Sequence record: OZ346219.1
Source of the DNA: a phage
Length of the DNA stretch: 64,000 bases
Direction: 5' to 3' (one strand)
Shown: one piece after another, positions 56,335 to 64,000 of the stretch
How the letters are laid out: each line of letters begins with the position of its first letter
Position numbering within the stretch: the first letter of the stretch is position 1
The notes under the pieces: model-generated
The model's database searches: none
What the model was told of the DNA's origin: nothing
The model's input: the letters and a program-made list of their open reading frames with translations, nothing else
Program-made: the position numbers and the translations under genes

Positions 56335-56931
56335 TTAATTGCTTGTCAATACTTTATCAATTATATCTAACAGTTTTGGCTTTCTATTTTCAAATTCTAA
56401 CATCTCTTCGGGAGAAATGTCAACTACTTCTGTTTTGTTGAAAAAGTTTGGGTCTATAGCATCAGCAACAAAGTTTCTCGCAAGTGCTGCCGCTTTCTCA
56501 TGGACATATATTCCCAAATATATCAACTTCTTTCTTTCGACCTGAATATTGGCAACATATTTACCATCTCGTTTATAAAGACTAACACCGATATATTCAG
56601 ACGATCGACCTTTCTGTTTACCCATATTTCTTGAGTTTTGTTGCTCGTTCGCATCTCTCAAGTTTTCAATCCGATTATCTGTTATAATTCGGTTAACATG
56701 GTCAACGTATTTTGGCATGTATCCATGATGCATAAAGAAAATTATTCTATGCTCTTTATGATGTTTACCATCGATACACACCAATCTGTATCCATGACTA
56801 GGATTAACTCCACCCGCTCTAGATCCGACTTTATGCTTTCGGTTTGTCGATATCTTGCGAATCAGCTTACCGTTATCATATTTAAAGAGTTCATGACAAC
56901 GAGCATACAATTCAGGATCATATGTTTTCAC
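56335..56931 (-). CDS. HNH homing-endonuclease-like protein with AP2 DNA-binding domain
   Basis: 198 aa; HHKEHRIIFFMHHGYMPKYVDHVNR...DNRIENL (HNH) and EYIGVSLYKRDGKYVANIQ (AP2-like). Confidence 0.65.
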   Translation of the reverse strand: MKTYDPELYARCHELFKYDNGKLIRKISTNRKHKVGSRAGGVNPSHGYRLVCIDGKHHKEHRIIFFMHHGYMPKYVDHVNRIITDNRIENLRDANEQQNSRNMGKQKGRSSEYIGVSLYKRDGKYVANIQVERKKLIYLGIYVHEKAAALARNFVADAIDPNFFNKTEVVDISPEEMLEFENRKPKLLDIIDKVLTSN

Positions 56932-57595
56932 CTTTTAACCTCGATATTTCTTTACACTCTTTAACTACTTTAACAAATAATGCTCTTGCTTTTGCGGCGT
57001 CAATAACAAGTAGTTTCTTGTACGCCTTCATTTTAACACTATAAGTTTGCCAAATCAAGTCTTTGGCTACCTTGTCGTGTTCGTCGATTATATTTAGAAA
57101 GCTATCTAACAACATAAACGACTCAAACGATATAATCCGATTTTGCAGTAGTTTAAAGATACCGCTAGTTTCGGTTGCGGGATTGTATGTAATTAGCTCT
57201 TTAAGAGTAACCCCGCGTTTCTCGGAGAAGTATACCAGACTTTTAATGTCATCGTCAAATCGTGTTGCTGCATCGGTTATCTTTCCTATGTATTCCATAT
57301 AAAAGCCGTATGCGTCAACATCAGTGATTTCACCTACCCATGCATCGGTATTAGCTACCAGATTGCTTAGGAATAGGAAGTATAATTCTCTTAGATTGTA
57401 CTTTTCCGCTAATTTCGCGAAATAATACTTATCTCTGCGTTTATTGAATGCGGCATCAGATAACCGCATCCTCCAATTGTATTTTACGCAATCATAACGC
57501 CCGTTCATATGAGCTTTCATCATGCAATATAACATATACACAGATTTAGCATTAATTCGCATATCTGGATCTGGAGGAAGACGGTTTCTGATCAT
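56918..57595 (-). CDS. 59: helicase loader gp59
   Basis: 225 aa; KSVY.LY.M.K.HMNG.YD..KYNW.MR.SDAA..KRRDKY.F.KL, FISNLVAN.DAW as in T4 gp59. Confidence 0.9.
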   Translation of the reverse strand: MIRNRLPPDPDMRINAKSVYMLYCMMKAHMNGRYDCVKYNWRMRLSDAAFNKRRDKYYFAKLAEKYNLRELYFLFLSNLVANTDAWVGEITDVDAYGFYMEYIGKITDAATRFDDDIKSLVYFSEKRGVTLKELITYNPATETSGIFKLLQNRIISFESFMLLDSFLNIIDEHDKVAKDLIWQTYSVKMKAYKKLLVIDAAKARALFVKVVKECKEISRLKGENI

Positions 57596-57604
57596 ACATA
57601 CCCC

Positions 57605-57874
57605 TTAAATATCGAGAGTGTTGGTCGGTTCGTCGATCACTCCCTTCCTGAGCGTTCTATTTACTATACATTCTTGTGTGATCTTGTCAATAATGGACAC
57701 CGGAATATATTTCTGATAGTGACAATATTCTATAGAGTTTTCCTCTACAAACTGAGTTGTCGCTTCAAGATAAGTCAATCCCTCTTCAACAACCAGTTTT
57801 TCGATTGCAAGACCGTTTGCTGTTTTATTCGCGGCTTTTACCGCATGTTCATTAAGCATTGAACACCCGATCAT
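57605..57874 (-). CDS. 33: late transcription co-activator gp33
   Basis: 89 aa; IEKLV.E.G..YLEATT.F.EENSI, C-terminal NTLD as in T4 gp33. Confidence 0.75.
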   Translation of the reverse strand: MIGCSMLNEHAVKAANKTANGLAIEKLVVEEGLTYLEATTQFVEENSIEYCHYQKYIPVSIIDKITQECIVNRTLRKGVIDEPTNTLDI

Positions 57875-58127
57875 AGAGTTCTACCGCTTCGTCGCGTTCT
57901 GCTTCGAAGGTTTCGCGCTGTTGCTGGTGATACAGTTTAAACAGAATGCCCCACATTTTACCATCTACGCCTAATTCTTCTTTAGCACGCTGTTTGATCT
58001 CTTTGATCTTATCGCCATATGCTTCTTGAATGGTTTTCTGATCGCTGGCTTCTTTAATCAGTTGCGCCAGGGTATTTCCGTGTACATTTTCATCGAATAC
58101 TACTTTTTCTTTTTTCTGTTCAGTCAT
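57852..58127 (-). CDS. dsbA: putative DsbA dsDNA-binding protein
   Basis: 91 aa; position between rnh and 33 as in T4. Confidence 0.55.
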   Translation of the reverse strand: MTEQKKEKVVFDENVHGNTLAQLIKEASDQKTIQEAYGDKIKEIKQRAKEELGVDGKMWGILFKLYHQQQRETFEAERDEAVELYDRVFNA

Positions 58128-58132
58128 AATAT

Positions 58133-58729
58133 TTAACCCTCTTTCGTCATTAATTGAAAACCACGTTCAGCTTTTGAAATTTCGCTAGGACTTAAATCGT
58201 CACCAACATATTCTAGCATCATTTCTCGGATAATGTCAAGTGCTTTTTCATCACCTGATTTTAACTCGAACTCAAGTTCATAGTGAGCCTCTCCCATTCT
58301 TTCGCCGACTTTGCAATAATAGAAAGTGTCTTTGCACATTTCCACTATAGCACCCTCAAGGTCAAGTGTCAATGACTTGCGGTATGTCATTACTTGCAAT
58401 AAAGGAACGATAAGGTCGGAGTTTACGCCTAGACTATCAACATAATGATAGAAATCATCCATTGTTGAAAAAGTAATTTCTTCTCGGTTGAAGAGTCCAG
58501 ATTCACTATCACCTATTTTGACCATGATCAATGATCTATTAACGTCAAGTCGAGCATAAATTCCTTTTCGACGCAGTGCATGATCTTCGGTATCATAATA
58601 AAATTCGTGTTTTAGAGTGTTAGCACGATCTACTAGATTGTACCCGTCATACATTGCTACCCACAAATCACAGATTGTTTCGACGCCAATTTGTGAGTGT
58701 GCATAGTATTTTAATTCAAGTTCTTTCAT
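58133..58729 (-). CDS. CYTH-domain (triphosphate tunnel metalloenzyme) protein
   Basis: 198 aa; N-terminal ELELK (ExExK), YYDTEDHALRRKGIYARLD, C-terminal HYELEFELK. Confidence 0.55.
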   Translation of the reverse strand: MKELELKYYAHSQIGVETICDLWVAMYDGYNLVDRANTLKHEFYYDTEDHALRRKGIYARLDVNRSLIMVKIGDSESGLFNREEITFSTMDDFYHYVDSLGVNSDLIVPLLQVMTYRKSLTLDLEGAIVEMCKDTFYYCKVGERMGEAHYELEFELKSGDEKALDIIREMMLEYVGDDLSPSEISKAERGFQLMTKEG

Positions 58730-58739
58730 ATATCAACCC

Positions 58740-59687
58740 TTAGAACTCACCAATTTTCTGCAACATTTTAACTAACGCATTTGTTACAAAATAGTTATAA
58801 ATTTTACCGCGTGGTGCTGGTTTAGATTTCTCCCATGCTAACAAAATTTCATATTCGATGTTATCAGGAATAAATTCAAAATCAATAAGTTCGCGGTTTT
58901 CGTCAAAGCGTCGTGCTTCTTCCTCTGTCATCAAAGACTTTGGATCTTCGGCATCGAAAATTTGCTCTAACCATTTGGTTGCAATTGGTTTAGCTCGTTC
59001 TCCTTCCAGTCGTGAGATAATGAAATCACTACGGCACTTGATCGAAGCTACACCGTCTTTTGCGTCACCCTTAACACATTTTACCATAAGGTCTTTGTAA
59101 GGGCTACCATATTTGCATTTCTTCCATGCTTTCTGTACTGGTGCCCACTGTTTCACATTTTTGTATTTGTGCAACTGTGTGTAGTCACCATCGCCGGAGT
59201 TGATTAGCACCTGGCGACCTTCTACAGAAAACTTTTTAGTTAACACAGCGATTATATCATCCGCTTCAACTTTGTCAACCTTAATAACGTGATAAGGCAT
59301 GTTCTCTTTAAACTCTTCGGTGATCTTATTGATCGCAGAAAAGATCATCTCCCAATCACGCGGATCTGCGTCTCGTTTTTCCTTACGGTTGCGTTTATAG
59401 TAAGGTGCGATATCACGTCGCCAGTAACCTTTGCTTGAATCAAAGGCAAGTACCGTAATTGGGTATTGCTCTTTGAATTTTGTCATATTATAACGCATGG
59501 TGTCAAGGATAAGATGACGGATCATGCCTTCATTAATAGGATCTTCCGGTTTAAAGGTATGTGAGATAGTAGCAATCATAAGCTGCGACATATCAATCAA
59601 ATGCACACCTTCCGGCAGTTTATCTTCTGGATCATCAAAGAAATCATTAAGTGTAGCGGTAGTTTTTGTAAACGGGTTATACGTCAT
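58740..59687 (-). CDS. rnh: RNase H / 5'-3' flap exonuclease
   Basis: 315 aa; size and position as T4 rnh. Confidence 0.8.
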   Translation of the reverse strand: MTYNPFTKTTATLNDFFDDPEDKLPEGVHLIDMSQLMIATISHTFKPEDPINEGMIRHLILDTMRYNMTKFKEQYPITVLAFDSSKGYWRRDIAPYYKRNRKEKRDADPRDWEMIFSAINKITEEFKENMPYHVIKVDKVEADDIIAVLTKKFSVEGRQVLINSGDGDYTQLHKYKNVKQWAPVQKAWKKCKYGSPYKDLMVKCVKGDAKDGVASIKCRSDFIISRLEGERAKPIATKWLEQIFDAEDPKSLMTEEEARRFDENRELIDFEFIPDNIEYEILLAWEKSKPAPRGKIYNYFVTNALVKMLQKIGEF

Positions 59688-59689
59688 AA

Positions 59690-59875
59690 TTAAGTTCTCT
59701 CCACTCTCACAACAACATATTCGCCAAACGAGTTAGATACTTCACGATCATACCCGTACTTCTCCATAACTCGCAGAATTGCATTGTTTAATTCAGCACG
59801 GAAATAATTATAATCCTTATCAGGGATTCTGTCAACTACCCATTTTGCACCTTCTGACAAATCAACTTTAACCAT
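59690..59875 (-). CDS. hypothetical protein (61 aa)
   Basis: ORF only. Confidence 0.4.
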   Translation of the reverse strand: MVKVDLSEGAKWVVDRIPDKDYNYFRAELNNAILRVMEKYGYDREVSNSFGEYVVVRVERT

Positions 59876-59913
59876 AATTTATCATCCTCTTTTGTTTCTA
59901 TCAAGCCTCATTT

Positions 59914-59921
59914 TATAAATA
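59914..59921 (+). promoter_or_regulatory. T4-type late promoter (TATAAATA) upstream of gene 34
   Basis: TATAAATA 29 nt upstream of ATG. Confidence 0.55.
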
Positions 59922-59949
59922 TGAACATACTATAAAAGGAGACCCAATA

Positions 59950-62900
59950 ATGGCAGATTTTTCTCAACATTTCAAGGCCACATTTGGCTTTGACGCTGGT
60001 AATGAAAAGGTCGTCAATGTAGCATTGGCTGATAAGAATGTCAACACCGATGCGGTCAACGTTGAATTTTTCAATTACCATAATGGTATTACTCAGTATG
60101 ACACAACTCGCGGTTATGATCAATACGGAACTACAATCTATCAAAACCGTCCGTATTATGCAAAAGAAGATATCACAAAGCCAGCAGGAGATTTTGACCC
60201 GACTAAATGGCAAGCACTGCGCACGGACCCACGTTGGGATTATATTGCAGCAACTTCCGGTGATACTCCTTTACAGTCTGGCGATTATATCGCAGCAGAT
60301 GGTCAATTTGCAAACTTGACTTTCTCTATGCCAACTAAACCAGCAGAGGGAGACACTATAACAGTAAAAGATATCGGTGGCAAGTGTGGTGTTAACGAAT
60401 TATCGTTCTTGAGTACAGGACATGAGTTTTACCATAATGGTAATGTGTATAACAGAAAATGGTATTGCACTACCCCGTATGCAATGAACTATTTCATCTT
60501 TGTTCGGAATCGTTGGCATGTTTATCAGACAGGAACAGAGCCACGCGGTGTGTACGCACAGCCAGCGATTGATGCTATTCAAATGCAGAATGGTGATCAG
60601 GTATTTCGTCGTAGTTCGTTGGGTAATATTACCTTAGTGCTTCCTAAGTTTGCCAACAATGGCGACATGATCCAGACTACAGACCTTGACGGATTAACCG
60701 CAACCAACCACGTTACGGTTAAAGTTCATGAGCACGCAGAAGAACAATCAATTGGCACGTCCGGTCTAAAAGAGATTATCGGTAAGCGTAGCGGTCATGG
60801 TGTATTCATCTTTGACAAGACGGAAAACTTATGGCGTTTGTGGGATGGTGATCAGTCTGTTCGTCTTAAACCGATCATCAATGACACTCGCTTGCAACCT
60901 AATAGCTATGTTGCTGTATTTGGTGGTCGTGATGTTACTCTGACGCTGCCGACCAATGTCGAGCCGGGTGATCGTATTCAAGTTTCTATGCAGTATATGC
61001 ACGGAAACCAGACTTGCCGAATCATTACCTCAGAAGAGGATACAAAAATCCTTATGCAGAAAAACATGGTTCAGTTTCCTAAGCGTAGCGAGTACCCATT
61101 CAATGGGACCGATACATGGACTGGAGTGTCTGAATTGTCTTTCAACGCTGCAAATGATTATGTACCTTATCTGGAGTTCTCTTATTCAGAAGGTGATGAT
61201 GGTAAGAAATACTGGTTGGTGGCACATGCTCACCCGATTGTAGAACGAGTAGATCCGACTCGTAAAGATCGTGTTGGTGTAATTGCACTGGCTACCCAGA
61301 CTGAAACGAATAAAAACCATGAAGAGAATCCTAGCGACGAAGTTGCTGTAACACCAAAAATGCTGGCTAATAAAACAGCCAACGAAACTCGACGCGGTAT
61401 TGCTCGCATTGCGACTCAAGCGGAAACGCATCAAGATACTGGTTCCAACTTCCTGGATGATGTTATCGTTACACCCAAAAAGTTAAATGACTGTGTTGCT
61501 ACCGAAGCCCGTCGTGGTGTGATGGAAATTGCAACCCAGCACGAAACCAATGAAGGTTTAGACGATACCCGCGCTATTACTCCTAAGAAATTAGAAGAAC
61601 GTCGCGCTTCCGAAGATCTAGCTGGTATTGCTGAAATTGTTCAGGCTGGCGGTAGTGCTGCCGCTCGACGTGGCGAAGCTGGTACAGGGATCTATAACAT
61701 CAACGACCATGCTAAAATTGTTACGCCACAAAACATCAACGAAGTCAAGGCGACCGAAACTTCCCGTGGTGTTGGCTATCTGGCAACTGACGCGGAAGTG
61801 CAAGGGGCTACAGAATCAACCCCGCAAGATGCTTTACTAATCACGACTCGCACGCTAACGAAACGTACTGCTACCGAATCGCGCACTGGTATCGCTGAAA
61901 TTGCAACTCAGGAAGAAACAAACTTAGGTCAAAGTGATAACCATATCATCACGCCTAAAAAGCTGCATACTCGCCGCGCAACTGAAACTTTACATGGTTT
62001 AGCAGAAATTGCAACTCAACCGGAGTTTGACGCAGGTCGTGACGATTCTCGCATTTCTACCCCATTGAAGATTAAAACCTTCTTTGAGAATGCACAGCGT
62101 TTGAAAGTAGATCCGACTCAGGGGCTTAACCTTACTGGTGATTTGTGGCAAGGTATCATGATCAGCGGTCTGGATGCAACCGAAGACACAAAAGGTGTCG
62201 CTAAAGTTGCGACTACTCAGCTTACTGACGCTGGTCAAGATGATACTACAATCATCACGCCTAAAAAGCTGCAAGGCAAAAAGGCCACCGAAGGTAAAGA
62301 AGGTATTATCCGAGTTGGTACTCAAGCCGAAACCGTGGCTGGTATTATGGACAATGTAGCAATTTCTCCGAAGAACTTCAAATATGTTGTTCAGACAGAG
62401 GATACATGGAAAGCAACCGAAGCGCGTCGTGGATTCTTGAAAGTTGCTACTCAGGAAAACTGTTTTGTTGGTGATAATCTGCAAGGTTCTACTCAAGAAC
62501 TAGGAAACTACCAGCATGACGGAATTGCTGTTACCCCTAAAGGATTAAACTACGCACTTGCTAATTTCTTACCTAAGATGGCAACCGCTCAGAATAGTTT
62601 GAAATTGGGTAACGTAGAGGCCTCTAAATGGGCGCGTAGAGACATTGACCAGACCATTGAGAGCAATTACACGTTTAATAAAAACGTTAACGTGAAGGGC
62701 GATTTAGAGTGCTTAAAATCTGGTTCCTTTGAAACTCTGTCTGTGACTAAGAACTCGACCGATGTTCCGAGTAATGGTCATCTGGTGTTGGGTGAGCGTG
62801 GAGTTGACGGTCACACCGGAATTACTCTGCATGGCACAACCGCATCGGAAGGCATGAAAAACTCTTGGTCTATTATCGTTGGTGGTACTGGAACAGCGCA

Positions 62901-63690
62901 AGTTGTTGATAGTGATGCTATCGCTTTCGGTAAAATCAATGATGGTGGAGTCGTTGAGCATTACGCCTTTGCTATGAAACACAATGGCGACGCGACAGCA
63001 TATAGAGACTTTATTGCAGGTCGTAACCTGTATGCGAAACAAGGCGGTTTATACATTGTTGACCAGTCTAATCCGGCAATGACTCGTTCCCCAGATGGTA
63101 TGCTGAATATCGGTCACGGTGGAAGTGTTAACATCAAGGCAGGGCATCAAACGTTAACTACAGAGATCGCCGGACAGAAGTATCAGATCGTACACGCAGG
63201 AAACGCTGACGAAGTTCTTAACCGTCAGTTTGTTAAGAATGCTGGCGATACAATGGTCGGTAAGCTGACTATGGATAATGCGCCTATTGTTTCTGTTAAG
63301 CATGAAGCTAGCGCGGCAACCGCTCCGGCAATCGGTAACATCGGTTTCTGGAATATGCGAGTTACTACCCAGAACATCAAAGAAACTTATCCAGAGAAGA
63401 AAAACGGTACTCTGATGCAATGGGGTACTGACGCGGACGGGCTTACCCAGCTTTGGTCCCCTGATGGTACTCATAAACATTATATCCGTTCCGGTACTGG
63501 TGGTCAATGGACCGCATGGGGTGAAATTTACACCAAACAGAACAAGCCTACCGCTCAGGAAATCGGGGCAGTAGTTGCAGAAGGTGGTTTAATGAACTCT
63601 ATGACGGTTCGTGATTGGATCAAAGTTGGTAATGTTAAAATCATCGCCAATAATCTGACTCGTACCGTAGACTTTATCTGGGAAGACTAA
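59950..63690 (+). CDS. 34: long tail fibre proximal subunit gp34
   Basis: 1246 aa; NVALAD, FPKRSEYP, RRGIARIAT, ITPKKL repeats, C-terminal DFIWED as in T4 gp34. Confidence 0.93.
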   Translation: MADFSQHFKATFGFDAGNEKVVNVALADKNVNTDAVNVEFFNYHNGITQYDTTRGYDQYGTTIYQNRPYYAKEDITKPAGDFDPTKWQALRTDPRWDYIAATSGDTPLQSGDYIAADGQFANLTFSMPTKPAEGDTITVKDIGGKCGVNELSFLSTGHEFYHNGNVYNRKWYCTTPYAMNYFIFVRNRWHVYQTGTEPRGVYAQPAIDAIQMQNGDQVFRRSSLGNITLVLPKFANNGDMIQTTDLDGLTATNHVTVKVHEHAEEQSIGTSGLKEIIGKRSGHGVFIFDKTENLWRLWDGDQSVRLKPIINDTRLQPNSYVAVFGGRDVTLTLPTNVEPGDRIQVSMQYMHGNQTCRIITSEEDTKILMQKNMVQFPKRSEYPFNGTDTWTGVSELSFNAANDYVPYLEFSYSEGDDGKKYWLVAHAHPIVERVDPTRKDRVGVIALATQTETNKNHEENPSDEVAVTPKMLANKTANETRRGIARIATQAETHQDTGSNFLDDVIVTPKKLNDCVATEARRGVMEIATQHETNEGLDDTRAITPKKLEERRASEDLAGIAEIVQAGGSAAARRGEAGTGIYNINDHAKIVTPQNINEVKATETSRGVGYLATDAEVQGATESTPQDALLITTRTLTKRTATESRTGIAEIATQEETNLGQSDNHIITPKKLHTRRATETLHGLAEIATQPEFDAGRDDSRISTPLKIKTFFENAQRLKVDPTQGLNLTGDLWQGIMISGLDATEDTKGVAKVATTQLTDAGQDDTTIITPKKLQGKKATEGKEGIIRVGTQAETVAGIMDNVAISPKNFKYVVQTEDTWKATEARRGFLKVATQENCFVGDNLQGSTQELGNYQHDGIAVTPKGLNYALANFLPKMATAQNSLKLGNVEASKWARRDIDQTIESNYTFNKNVNVKGDLECLKSGSFETLSVTKNSTDVPSNGHLVLGERGVDGHTGITLHGTTASEGMKNSWSIIVGGTGTAQVVDSDAIAFGKINDGGVVEHYAFAMKHNGDATAYRDFIAGRNLYAKQGGLYIVDQSNPAMTRSPDGMLNIGHGGSVNIKAGHQTLTTEIAGQKYQIVHAGNADEVLNRQFVKNAGDTMVGKLTMDNAPIVSVKHEASAATAPAIGNIGFWNMRVTTQNIKETYPEKKNGTLMQWGTDADGLTQLWSPDGTHKHYIRSGTGGQWTAWGEIYTKQNKPTAQEIGAVVAEGGLMNSMTVRDWIKVGNVKIIANNLTRTVDFIWED

Positions 63691-63695
63691 TTAAA

Positions 63696-63711
63696 GGGGG
63701 CGAAAGCCCCC
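63696..63711 (+). other. stem-loop after gene 34
   Basis: gggggc gaaa gccccc; weak T-run. Confidence 0.4.
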
Positions 63712-63723
63712 TATGGGGTTATT

Positions 63724-64000
63724 ATGACACAAGATATAGAATTACGCAACACTGGAATTAGGTTTGCGCATTTCGACGAAGACTCTGCGACATTTACCAG
63801 CATTTCAGAAAATAACTCTGTGATGTATAAGCTGGAAGTGCGCGGATCTAATGCGGATTCTACCAAACCAGCAAGGATTAGATTTAATGGAGTGGAGATC
63901 GTTGGCACTGGCTATGAAAATGGCCTAAATTTTAAAGTTCTTACTCCAACTGGACAACTACACGAAGAAAAGGTATTCTATGGTCGCGGTGCTGTTTTGG
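63724..64000 (+). CDS. 35: long tail fibre hinge protein gp35 (5' part, truncated by window end)
   Basis: MTQDIELRNTG...NSVMYKLEVRGS resembles T4 gp35 N-terminus. Confidence 0.75.
   Translation, partial: MTQDIELRNTGIRFAHFDEDSATFTSISENNSVMYKLEVRGSNADSTKPARIRFNGVEIVGTGYENGLNFKVLTPTGQLHEEKVFYGRGAVL

Noticed and set aside
60038-62496. Several short ORFs on both strands within gene 34
   Set aside because: Embedded in the 1246-aa tail-fibre gene, which has clear homology; none has independent support.

Overview
This 64-kb window is a contiguous segment of a T4-like (Tevenvirinae-type) myovirus genome. All gene names below are assigned from recognised protein similarity and conserved T4 gene order, from memory; no database search was run.

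Layout:
- 1-12.9 kb (+): late structural module: large terminase gp17, sheath gp18, tube gp19, portal gp20, gp67, gp68, protease gp21, scaffold gp22, major capsid gp23, vertex gp24.
- 12.9-17.2 kb (-): accessory block with a SLOG-like protein and a frame-interrupted hoc.
- 17.3-27.0 kb: uvsW, uvsW.1 (+), uvsY, gp25, gp26 (-), then baseplate genes 51, 27, 28, 29, 48, 54 (+).
- 27.0-59.9 kb (-): long leftward early/middle region: lipoprotein, two Alt-type ADP-ribosyltransferases, an ~8-kb hyperplastic region of ~25 small ORFs, DNA ligase 30, NADAR protein, gp31, cd, pseT, spanins, rnlA, denA, nrdB, nrdA, td, frd, gp32, gp59, gp33, dsbA, rnh.
- 59.9-64.0 kb (+): long tail fibre gp34 and the start of gp35.

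Most notable observations:
- an intein with a LAGLIDADG homing-endonuclease domain inserted exactly in the terminase Walker A P-loop;
- 18 near-identical sigma70-like promoter/stem-loop cassettes, each in front of a small leftward ORF;
- several paralogous small-gene families and a duplicated 55-aa gene;
- hoc split by a -1 frameshift at a homopolymer;
- accessory enzymes not part of the canonical T4 set (CYTH, NADAR, stand-alone DUF262, C5-methyltransferase-like, SLOG, HAD phosphatase, HNH-AP2 endonuclease, a zinc-finger repeat protein);
- a thymidylate synthase carrying a ~120-aa internal insertion.

No tRNA, rRNA or CRISPR array was found.
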